A program made the translations under genes and the position numbers. A stretch of DNA of 63,780 nucleotides, the filler included, from Reticulomyxa filosa (lineage: Eukaryota > Protista > Foraminifera): the NCBI GenBank assembly GCA_000512085.1. It is 20 parts of 20 records of this genome, joined end to end, with 100 filler letters (N's around TTAATTAATTAA, not from the genome) between each part and the next. Parts side by side here need not be neighbours in the genome. Positions count along the whole stretch, not along the records: positions 35,822 to 37,774 come from ASPP01011030.1; positions 37,875 to 41,091 come from ASPP01035871.1; positions 41,192 to 42,204 come from ASPP01043697.1; positions 42,305 to 43,645 come from ASPP01021512.1; positions 43,746 to 45,977 come from ASPP01008051.1; positions 46,078 to 48,794 come from ASPP01002607.1; 14 more parts are not named here. The stretch is one strand, 5' to 3'. Within the stretch, counting starts at the first letter, position 1, and each line of letters starts with the position of its first letter. Below, piece by piece: positions 37,601 to 48,448 of the stretch. The notes below the pieces were generated by a model. It searched no databases and was not told the DNA's origin. It saw nothing but the letters and a program-made list of their open reading frames with translations.

Positions 37601-37874
37601 CTATTTTCACGTCGGCGAAAAACTCACTCCACAAGCCCCCGTCCCCGGGTACCACAACATGTGACGCTTGCTTTTCGTTGGTTGGCCCCACGTTTTCTTT
37701 CATTTCATTGTCCTCATTTCAAAAAAAAAAAATTTGAAGGTTGTTTGTTTTTTTTTTAAAAAAAAAAAAAAAAANNNNNNNNNNNNNNNNNNNNNNNNNN
37801 NNNNNNNNNNNNNNNNNNTTAATTAATTAANNNNNNNNNNNNNNNNNNNNNNNNNNNNNNNNNNNNNNNNNNNN

Positions 37875-37914
<40 letters not shown>

Positions 37915-37915
37915 A

Positions 37916-38453
37916 ATGGAAAATAAGTACGAGATGGAAAACAAAAATGAAGTGGAAGAAAGGAGATTTGGACAAAAAATAATTCCACAACCTTCGATCA
38001 CACCCATTGCGCGTCTTATCTCATTTCCTCAAGATAGTGTAAGCATCGCGAATGATGCATCCCTTCCCAACAATTTGGATAGAAGAGGTAGGTATGCGAC
38101 AGTAAATATTGACTCTACTTTTTTTGGAGTGATATGCATATGGCTCTTTATCTTTCTCATTGTCTTTATTTCTTTTGGATATGGTGTTTTTTTTTTTTTT
38201 TTTTTTTTCCAAAAGTGGTTGTCTGTTTGTTTGTAAGTAGAAAGGATAAGTGTGATTCGAGTGGGAAGAGAGCCGAGACTGAACAGCAATGAAGACAGTA
38301 TCACCATGCAGCCGAGCCGAACGGCCGAAAGAGAATTTGACGAACAATTGAGAGCGGATATTATGCAACAAAGACGGAGAGAGAATAGCAGTATATCGGC
38401 TATTCCGGATTCCAAAATTGTGGATAGCAACAAAACTTGTTATTTATATATTC

Positions 38454-38484
<31 letters not shown>

Positions 38485-39757
38485 ACCCCTTTTAAAAAAA
38501 TGAATTTCCAATATAATAACAATAATAAATAATAATAAAGCTACAAGTTACAACACGGAGAAAATGTATTGGCAACACAGTATATTGATTCTAAGCACAG
38601 TGGTATCATTTTTGATAGTTGGCATAATTGTAAGTCAATATTCACAATGGAAGGGCAATGAAATCGAAAAGTACTTTCAAAAGCCTATTAACAAAATGAC
38701 ACCAAATATGTCGATTATCACTCGTTGTTGCAGATGTTGGAACTATTCTGTGTCCGATGATGTCAAAGTCGATTGGACTTATTGTGAAAGCTTCAACTCC
38801 AACAATACCTTTTGGACAGTACAATGTGCAAGTCTGTAGGCGGTACTATTGGATACAGACACTAACATATTTGCATATATATTTATATGTATACGTATAT
38901 GTAAATGTACATATACATATATATATATATATACATGTTTATATTATATATATATATATATACTTTCCAAACAAAGCATGCAAAAAGAACAATAACAATA
39001 ACAAATAAAGAGATTCTTTAAATTTTTTTTTTTTAAAAAAAAAAACAAAAAAAACAGTGCCAGGAAATACCGATAAATTGGGAAGTCGGAGTTGTGTAAT
39101 TGAGAATGTTTGTTGGGAGAAGCAATACATAATGTATGGATACTCTTGCTTGGCTACAATATCAGTATACTCGGCATTAATAATAATTATTGGGATAATA
39201 TTCGAAAAACTTGCTCCTTTCCGTTATGGATTTTCAACATTTTGATATCATTTCAATGCTGCTACGCCTTGTTTCGATCACTGGAGTACAAAGAAACAAA
39301 CATTGACAATGACTTCATTTGTTATGTGGATGTTGTTTGGAAATATACCGCTGTCGAAACATTGTTAACTGTCGTGTGGGTCTGTCTTTTTGCGTATTTC
39401 ACCTTTCCGTTTGTGATGCTCCCTTTTCAACTTGCCTTTCGACAAAAAATGTGTTATCAAAAATTCACTATTTGTTTGTACAAATGGATTCTTCGTACCG
39501 TCCCTATTGTCGCTGTTTCTGCTTTGGTCATTTTAATTTATGCCATGGGTTTAAGAGAAAAGTCCACTACTCCTGGAGAACTCTTCACTGTTGTTCTTGT
39601 TTATATCCTTTGTTTCATCAATTGGTTCTCCATTTTGTGTTGTCCCTTTTTTTATGATAGACTATGTTTGTTTTACAAACGAAAAGTTAGTAGCAAAAAT
39701 ACTGAGGAAAAACGTCCTCTGCGTGGTGATGTGGAATTAAATGTAAGCATCAGATGA
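37916..39757 (+). CDS. Unknown multi-pass membrane protein with Cys-rich extracellular loop, multi-exon
   Basis: Exons at about 37916-38088, 38241-38437, 38541-38830 and 39058-39757. About 6 hydrophobic segments. Frameshift at the T3 run 39218-39220. Stop TGA at 39757. Confidence 0.65.
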
Positions 39758-40174
39758 CTTCATCCAGAAATTTTTTGGTCTGTGTAGCAAAACAATCTTT
39801 TTTAGTGCGTTTGCGGATGTGTTTTTTTTTTCTTTCGGTCACAATTTTTTTTTTTTTTTGGATATAATTATTTCAACATTTGAGAGTTTTCAAGGAAAAA
39901 TATTTTTTTGAACCTTTTTGTAAGGCCCAGGTCCAGGTTAACATTTATACACATCACTATGACGGGGGTTCTTTCTGAACATTAATGCACAGTTCTTTTT
40001 TGCTTTATCAATCACTGCAGTAGTATGTATGTACACGGTCAAACAAATAGTTTAATCTTTTCGTTTTATAAAAAAAGATGTGTTCAAAAAATTTGCAACA
40101 GGAAATAACTTATATAGTCCTCACGTTCCGAGTTTGAAAAGGGGTTTTTTTTGTTATTTTTCATCTTTTTAAAA

Positions 40175-40990
40175 ATGGGCAACGCTTCATCTCATGAACC
40201 ATCTGTTGGACCAGGGCTAAAATCAAATTCCTATGTTAGTGGTCGAACATTATTTCGGTCGATTTTGAATCAATTACTATTATTGCCAGACGCTCTATTT
40301 TCTCGAAAATTTGCGGTTTCTTTGGGATTAGTGTGTCTATTCATATACGTGGCATTTCGCAAGTTCAGGAGATTTCGTATCTTTCTAAAAAATAAAGGAT
40401 ACCAAATGAACACGGAATTATTGTGTACAATTCATCACATTTGCCGCTGGCATCTTCCAATTGTGTTGAATGATATCACAATCCTGTATTTCATTCACAA
40501 CAAGACAAAAGTAGCAATAAACAATATATCAACCGAAGCGAAAGGCACTGCAAGCAGTAAGCCATTGGAATTGTTGCTAACGCTTTCAAATTTGGGTCTT
40601 TGTTTTTGTATTCACGCGTTTATCAAAAAATTTTGTTTGCCCAGTTTGACGTCGTTATTTGAAATGCTAATTGAAAAGCCAATCCATAAAGTGTTTTTCG
40701 AGGACATTCGGACGATTGACGAGTTGCTCAGTCAAAACTTGGAGAATGTTCCTCATTTGAACGACATTGTGTGGGAATACATAGGGACCCCTTACGAAGG
40801 AATCGACATGGAAGAAATCACCGAAATACGTACGTACACACAAGGACTGAAGCGCATCATTCTTTTGCAGGAGGCAAATAATCGAGGATTTGAAAATAAT
40901 CACTTTTTGTTGGGCACTCATTATTTCAGTCCCAATTTTATTTTCAATATGGATTTGCGGTTCATAGACAAATTCACTCACATAAAGTTA
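40175..40990 (+). CDS. Unknown membrane-associated protein, first exon
   Basis: ORF of more than 270 codons from MGNASS (N-myristoylation-like) with hydrophobic segments. No family recognised. Confidence 0.6.
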
Positions 40991-41191
40991 CGTGTTGTGT
41001 CATATATTTTGCATTTCGTTTTATCATTTTCAGCGAAAGGTGAATACAATATACATATATTTTTATGCGTACATAAACATTGGGCGGGGGGNNNNNNNNN
41101 NNNNNNNNNNNNNNNNNNNNNNNNNNNNNNNNNNNTTAATTAATTAANNNNNNNNNNNNNNNNNNNNNNNNNNNNNNNNNNNNNNNNNNNN

Positions 41192-42204
41192 CACATAATG
41201 GGCAAATTCTCCTGCGCACAATTCTTTTCCAATGCTTTCTCTGAGAGCCAAAGGCACACCGAGCACTCGGAACAGCAGTTCTGCTCTTTCTCTTTTTTTG
41301 TTTTGATCACTTTCAATACTTTCTGTCATACGCTGTTATTTATTCACAAAGTATATCTTGAAAAGAAACAAAGAAAGAAAAAAAAGAAGAAGATATGTAT
41401 TGTATGAATGAATTTGGATTGAATTGAATAGTAGATTGACCTCTACTGCATCTTCTCGCTTTTGTAAGTCGTCATTCCAGTCAAAGAGCAAAAATCCCAA
41501 TTGCTTAAAAAAATTGAGTAAGTCCTCGGCAATTATTTCAATATCACTAATCAGCAAAGAAAAAGTTGCTGTGTTTTGTTCTATTCACAATCCAAACATC
41601 TCATTGCCACAAACCCTCCTTATTATTTTTTTTAATAAACAAAAAATGTACCTTCACTATTCTTGTCACCCTCGTCGTGATTACATAAATAGAGTGGATC
41701 TTCGGAGTCGTGCCATTTCTTACATAGGAAAAATTCTTCCTCGCCAGTACCTTCGTCTCCTGATTCTCTCGTGCTTGTGTTGCCAAACGAGTGAGTACTC
41801 AAATCTTTCGCAATTTGTAGGACAGATTCTGTTATCATATGTTTAAATGAGATGTTGTTTTCAGCGTCTTTTTCATCGATCCATGCAGAATTCTGAATAA
41901 ATTCGGATTGAGCAATGGGAAGAAATTGTTGGAAACAATACCGAAAGAATGATGTTTGATGCAAATATGTTGACGAAGCAATGACAAATATTTTACTCTG
42001 AATAAACTCACGTATTTCATTCAATTTCAGATCCGGGATTGCTTGTGGATTTGGATCATGTTTTCTTGTTTCACACACATATATACATACATACAATCAT
42101 TCAGATCAAATTATATGTATTTAAAAATAAAAAAAATATTTTTTTTTCTCTCGAGACTTTAGATGATTGGCATCGAATTCCCGTATCCATTTGAGCGCAT
42201 ATTG
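41192..42204 (-). CDS. RNF213 (mysterin)-like giant AAA+/E3 protein, internal fragment
   Basis: FFRYCFQQF...FKHMITESVLQIAKDLSTHSF...EEFFLCKKWHDSEDPLYLCNHD...TFSLL...LFRVLGV...FAHYV parallels, from memory, the RNF213 segment (FKKFVVTFMIFMARDFATPSL...FSLRKRWESEPHPYVFFNDD...) that precedes an AAA Walker A motif. Confidence 0.6.
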
Positions 42205-42349
42205 NNNNNNNNNNNNNNNNNNNNNNNNNNNNNNNNNNNNNNNNNNNNTTAATTAATTAANNNNNNNNNNNNNNNNNNNNNNNNNNNNNNNNNNNNNNNN
42301 NNNNATATAAATGTATATATGTATATATGCATATATATGTATATATCCT

Positions 42350-43572
42350 CAAAGTCGTTTGTTTTGTATTTGGATTTGTAGCTTACCTCGGCAACAGATC
42401 TAGCTTCGGGTGTCATGAAAGCAGGCCGAGGCATTGTTAACTCTCCTTCTTCGGAGTCGTCGACGTGGGACTGGTCATTGTGGCTGGTGTTATCTTCCAC
42501 CGTTGTCTGTGTTGGTTTGGTCTTGCCCACCATCGCCGACGTTGTTTGCTATGTGGCAATCTCATCTGCCGTCGTTGTTGTTGTTGTTTTTCTTCTTTTC
42601 TTGTTGTTGTTGTGATTGACATGTGCTGTTCGTCCATATTGGCATCTCCATTGTCTTGGCTATCATTGGTCAATGTAAAGACATCTTCTTGACTCAGCTC
42701 CACCTCTTCAATGTCGAAAGGCCCGTCTTCGTTCTTATCATTGATAATTGTCCTCCTCATCCTCGTCGTTGTCGCTCTTTGGCTCGTCTATTGTCTTTGT
42801 CTTTGTCTTTCTGTTGTCATTGCTGTCGCTGTCACCATTGTTGTTGCCAGTGCTTCTTTCTCTTGCTTTTCGTACATTGTCGTGTTCCAATCCTTGTGTT
42901 CAATGCTTGTTCTACTTTGCACTGCATTCAAGTCTTTATAATCACTTGCATTTACATTTGCATTTGTATTTACATTTACATTTACATTTATAGTTGCATT
43001 TGTGTCTATATTGATATGGACGGATTGATCACTCTCCTCCTCCTTGGTTGCATTCATGCTACTCGGCTGTGACTTGTCCTCGCCATTGCTGTTGTGATCG
43101 AAGACAGCCAACAAATCATCGTTATCGAGTTCACTCAATTCGGACGTCTTTGAAAGCAACGATTGTCGACATATCGTGTCATGCGACTGTCGTTCGGGAG
43201 TGAGGGTCGAATGCATCCTATCGATTCCGCTGATCACGACAGTGGACTCGATTGACTCCATCATTGGCACAATTGCAGCCGTTGTGGGAGAAGTGCTGCA
43301 AGCCATTGTGTCCGTCAGAGCCGTCGGGAGGTTGTTGTCGCCGTTGCCGTCTCTGAGGTTACGGCCGTGGTCGTCGATGTGACTATCGGCAGGTCAAAGT
43401 CCCTTTTCGCTGTGAATTTGTTCATGTCCGTCCATTTGAATATGGAATGGCTACTGCATCAATGGATTCATTTCTTTCCTGCATTGCATTTATCTCATCC
43501 ATAAGGACTTTGCCTATTTATCGAACCAACTCTTCCAAATCTTCAAATGTTAGTATAAGTGATTCTGGTTCT
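42350..43572 (-). CDS. Low-complexity S/T/D/N-rich protein fragment with several frame breaks (error-rich contig or pseudogene)
   Basis: Coding-like ORFs 42788-43306, 42437-42760 and 42249-42533 overlap or abut across frame shifts and in-frame stops. Confidence 0.45.
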
Positions 43573-43745
43573 TTTTATTAAAAAAAAAAAAAGATATTAC
43601 ACGTCAGACGCACACACACACACTTTATTTTTGTTTGTTTGTTTGNNNNNNNNNNNNNNNNNNNNNNNNNNNNNNNNNNNNNNNNNNNNTTAATTAATTA
43701 ANNNNNNNNNNNNNNNNNNNNNNNNNNNNNNNNNNNNNNNNNNNN

Positions 43746-44345
43746 CATCATAAGATATGTTTTAGGCGTTCAGTTTTCTTTGCAACCTACTGTATTTCGC
43801 AAAGATGCCCTTCCAGTTTTTATTTCTATTCATGATGCAATATCACATATTCGAATTGTTCTATCGTCACTGCATGAAACAGTCACAGTACCATCAAATG
43901 AAAATGATGTATTGTTTACCAGACTTGAATATTCTTCTAATGTTTGTGTTAATTGTCCTGATTTTATATCACACACTTGGACTTTTCCATTCATTAGTGA
44001 TATAACAAGTTTACAACCATCTGGTGAAAGTTTTACACTTGTTGCAGGTTGTGCATTCCTTTCAAGTACTGTAAACTGCTGAAAATATTTCCCTGTTTTA
44101 ATAGATGATTTTGTCTTTTACACAATCTTAAACAAGAACTCAATGAAAGATTAAAAACTGAACATATTGCAGTAAAATAATCAATCCATAATAGATAAAC
44201 TATAACCGAAGCCAATTTTCCAAAATTAATTTACTTGCTTATCGTTTGTTTGAACAAAAAAAACAGCCCAATCATTAGTAGTCTTTTTGCGTTTTCGTTT
44301 TTTGGATTATGCTACGATGTCTTCACAACTTTTATTTAAATTCTC
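43746..44345 (-). pseudogene. Degenerate WD40-repeat gene
   Basis: SVKLSPDGCKLV...KVQVCDIKSGQLTQTLEEYSSLVNNTSFSFDG..VSCSDDRTIRICDI; GH and WD motifs eroded. Preceded by a decayed LILENWLRL leader like the one before the WD40 at 47770-47870. Confidence 0.7.
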
Positions 44346-45011
44346 ATTTCTCTAAATATTTTGGTAATTAATCCCTAATAGAATCTTTTCTTGCATGGAT
44401 GATTAATATTGATGAACACTAACTCGGGAGACTTTTAGACCTTTTTAGTACGTACACAGTTCAACAGTGAAAATTCGAATAGTCAAATGTTTCATCTGTT
44501 CGAATTTTATTATCCTGAATAGCATAAAAATCAAAAATGACGAATGTTGATACGTACAAGTGACTTTTTAAAAACTTTTCATTTAATACAGCTAGACGAA
44601 AAGAAATTTATTGGTTTGTGAACTAAGTACGAGAAAATATAACTTTTTTATAAGGAAAGATTTACAAGCCTGGGTCAGACTTTGAATAATATATCCTTCA
44701 TTTTATCATCAAATTTTGAGATTTGTCAGTCTTTTGAAACGATTTGCCGTGAAAAATCGCGTAAGTGTAGAAATAAACGAAGCGACTGTTGGTTTGTTGA
44801 TGGTGTGGTGTTGCTTTTATAATTGAGAAAAAAACTAGGAAACAGGATAAAAAGTCCTAAACAAAGGGACTGTAAAGACAAGGTAGAAGGGAAATGAAAA
44901 TCAAAACCGAGAACAAAGCCAAAATAATATAAAAAAAAATTAAAGTTTTACAAGCAGAAATAAAGAGAAAAGGAACAAACAATAGCGTTAAAGCGAAAGA
45001 AAAGGCATGAA

Positions 45012-45977
45012 CTACGCCCAGTCTCGGTGGATTCCATTACGATTTTGGACTTCCATTTGTTCGATTAATTGTTTCATTTGCAATTCGATCATTGAGACCA
45101 CATTGCTCATTTCTTCAGTGGGATTTCGGGCGTGTCCAGCAAGGTAATTATTGACATTCCCACTTCGATTGAAAGGGAGGGGGCGATTATCTTGACGCGA
45201 AAATGCGGCATTTTTAGATTGGTTGTTGTTATTGTTATTTGTGTGAGCAATGGTACGTGCTCTGGTTTTATTTTCCTCATTCGGTTTACTTTTTACTTTT
45301 TGCAAATACGATTCATTTTTTTCATCGGATGAACTATTATAATCTTTTTCTTTGCGTTGCAATGCCTGCTCAAATGTGTGAATTTGTTCTTGTAACTTTT
45401 GAATGGACTTGGCCAGTTCCTCTTTTTGAGGATGATTTGGATTCATTACAACTAGCACTTCGTGTCTCGCTTTCATTGTGATCATTTCAACCTTTAATTT
45501 TTGAATGCGTTCCTTCATGCGTTCTTTGATGTCCACGTTTGAATTATTTGCCGCTTTGGAAGAGCTGTTATTTTTTTGATTCAATGAATCAGTCGCAGAC
45601 AATTGCAATGAAGGCAACGCATCTGCCTCAGGGACCTCGATTGTGATCATTGCCGGAATTGGACTAAAGGGCGCGTTTATGTCGATCATTTCTTCCAACA
45701 CCTGTGATGATGTATTTTCTTCCACTGCTCCTAACCGGTTATTTGCCATCGGCTTCGAATTGTTATTGTTGTTATTGTTATTGTTATTATTATTGTTATT
45801 ATTATTGTTATTGCTGTTGTTGTTGATATTGTTACTACGTGTGCGAGTTGCAACTGGATCATATGTACCAACTCTTTGTCGAGAGTCCAGTCCTTTGCTG
45901 CCATTGGCAGTATTGTCATAATTATTAGCAGTAATTGTATTATTATTATTATTATTATTATTATTGTTATTATTTAT
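45012..45977 (-). CDS. C-terminal part of an Asn-rich coiled-coil protein
   Basis: 245-aa ORF extends upstream in frame through poly-Asn. Coiled coil IKERMKERIQKLK...ELAKSIQKLQEQI. Stop at 45012. Confidence 0.65.
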   Translation of the reverse strand: MNNNNNNNNNNNNTITANNYDNTANGSKGLDSRQRVGTYDPVATRTRSNNINNNSNNNNNNNNNNNNNNNNNNSKPMANNRLGAVEENTSSQVLEEMIDINAPFSPIPAMITIEVPEADALPSLQLSATDSLNQKNNSSSKAANNSNVDIKERMKERIQKLKVEMITMKARHEVLVVMNPNHPQKEELAKSIQKLQEQIHTFEQALQRKEKDYNSSSDEKNESYLQKVKSKPNEENKTRARTIAHTNNNNNNQSKNAAFSRQDNRPLPFNRSGNVNNYLAGHARNPTEEMSNVVSMIELQMKQLIEQMEVQNRNGIHRDWA

Positions 45978-46077
45978 NNNNNNNNNNNNNNNNNNNNNNN
46001 NNNNNNNNNNNNNNNNNNNNNTTAATTAATTAANNNNNNNNNNNNNNNNNNNNNNNNNNNNNNNNNNNNNNNNNNNN

Positions 46078-46480
46078 AACAACAACAACAACAACAATAA
46101 CAGCTCTCCATTGCTGCAGTTGTTAAAAAACGCCAGTACGGAAAAGCAAAAATACCTCCGCCAAAGCATTGAAGAGCTAAAGAAAATTCGGCAACGACAG
46201 GCCGAATATGACTATGACGAAGCGAAAGTGACGTTCATGCGACAATATTTGCATGCAAGTAATGAAAGACAATTTTGAACAGCTGAAGCGTGACAAAGAC
46301 CAACTGTTACCTACGACGTTTTTGAAGATTCGCGAGGCGGGCGAGCAATTGCAAAAGCAAAAGAGACTACACAAAATTGAAAGTATGTATCAGCAAATGT
46401 TGAGAAATGCCGCGAGCATTAAAGAAAAGAAACAAGAGCTGGAAAACGCGGAGGAACAGACCTACCAATCCAAACAATAA
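46078..46480 (+). CDS. C-terminal part of a short coiled-coil protein (weakly dynactin p22-like), with one frame break
   Basis: DEAKVTF...FEQLKRDKDQL...KIREAGEQLQKQKRLH. Stop TAA at 46480. Family assignment is tentative. Confidence 0.4.
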
Positions 46481-46526
46481 AAAACATTGTTTTTAAGAAA
46501 TTTTTAATTCAGCGAAAAACCCCTAC

Positions 46527-48448
46527 ATGAATCCCAAGGATATCACAGCAAAACTAATTGTAAAAACAAGCATGGTAACTCTCTTTGAAGTTTTGGCACA
46601 CTTACCAATTCCACTTCGATGTGCTCAATGCGTGCTACATGGACATGAATTGCTAATCTGTGGAGGCCTAAACAAGAGAGATTGCTATTCATTTCATATG
46701 CTCAAAAACAATACAAGCAAATCTGCTCTTATCCAGATGATATTGAATTAATAGGACATTGTACGTTGAAGTATGTAAACAACAAAGATACAAATGAAAC
46801 TATTTTGTTATCTTTTGGTGGACAAAGTATAAATGAAAAAAAAGCATGCATTGATGATGAGATACGTGAGTGTTTGGAATAATGACAATAATGACAAAAA
46901 AGAAGATGAAATTCAAATTAATAATAAAAAACAGTTTAATAAATGGATTCCTTTGGTTGATAACAACGACAATCGGATTTTTATTGGTAGAGATGAAGAT
47001 GATCATGAAGGAATACGTGCAGTAATTGGTGGAAGTAATAATCATTTATTATTTATTACTTATAGTCCAAAGAATATTGATGTGTTTGATTTGAATACGT
47101 TTCAATTTGTCAAACACAATACTTTACCTATTGATGACAATAGTGACATAAAATATCATTGTTTTGTATCCAAACGAGGAAATGAATCAAATAAAAAAAG
47201 CCATGAAATGATATTATTTTGCAAAAATATCGGATTATTAATTATATATGACGAAGACAATAATATCTTTCAATATCATAACATTTGGGTTTGCACAAGT
47301 ATTCGATCGTTCATTTCGTATGCATGTATTTGTATTGATGAATTTATTTTATTTTTTGGCGGTCAAAATTATGATGGATTTTGTATTTCAAATGACGTAT
47401 ACAAATATTCGATTGTAGATAAAAAATGGATGAAATTTGAATTTACTTTACCTGATTTACGAACCGATTCTATTGCAGTATTGAATGAAAGTGATATGTT
47501 TATACATATTATTGGAGGATATACTGGAAACAGTGGTATATCAAAGCACATAAGAACGAAATTGAAAGAATGGATGAGAGAAGAAGTAACGGAAAAAGAA
47601 AAAAAATGGATTATTGAAGAAAACGAAAGAAGATATGTTGAAGAAATTAAAATTGAGTTAGAAGAAATGAAAGAGCATATCGGTATTAAAAAGTTGAAAG
47701 TTAATAATTTTTTTTTTTGAAAACAAAGGAATTGCACCATAAAATTAAAAAAAAAAAAAAAAGAGATACAAAGAAATTGAAACAATAATCGCAAATTGGA
47801 TTCATTCAGCATATATCGAAATGGGATGGATTCATGATTTTAATATTACCATTTCACGATATATTATGGTAAGTACATATTTATTTAAGTACTTTTTTTT
47901 TTTTTTTTTTTGAGATAATACATTTACACAAATAGATGAAATATTTCAAGCTATTAAAAGTTGTACAAGGACATCCCAATCATGTGGCAAGTATAAAATT
48001 TTCAACCGACGGTACTAAAATTGTTTCAACTTCCGCTGATGCCACTTGTATTATTTGGGATATGCAATTAGAAAAAAAACTTATAGTATTGAAAGGACAT
48101 TCAAGTTGGGTGAATGATGCAAAATTTTCACCAGATGATAATTTCATTGTATCCTGTTCACTTGATAAAACAATTCGATTGTGGGATATAAAATCTGGCA
48201 CACAAATAAGAAAATTGGAAGGACATACAGATTTTATTAAAAATATCCAATTTTCACCAAATGGACGAATTATTGTTTCTAGTTCACGTGATAATACAAT
48301 TCGATTATGGGATTTACAATCTGGACAAGAGATTAAAAGATTTGAAGGAATTGATGCACAATTTTCACCCGATGGTCAAAAATTGGTAACATCATCAAAA
48401 GATAATGCAATTGTAACTTGGAATGTAAAATCTGGAAGTTATCACTGA
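46527..48448 (+). CDS. Kelch-type beta-propeller + WD40 repeat protein (frameshifted, WD40 array ends abruptly; possibly a pseudogene)
   Basis: LPIPLRCAQCVLHGHELLICGG...DCYSFH; LLSFGG; RAVIGG; ILFFGG; IHIIGG; then GWIHDFN linker exon; then WD40 repeats GHSSWVNDAKFSPD...SCSLDKTIRLWDIKSG. Frameshifts in A runs at 46704-46708 and 46836-46843. Confidence 0.88.

Noticed and set aside
42305-43645. In-frame TAA/TAG as evidence of a ciliate-like genetic code
   Set aside because: Well-conserved genes here end at TAA, TAG and TGA and have no internal TAA/TAG; this contig has many indels and looks error-rich or decayed.
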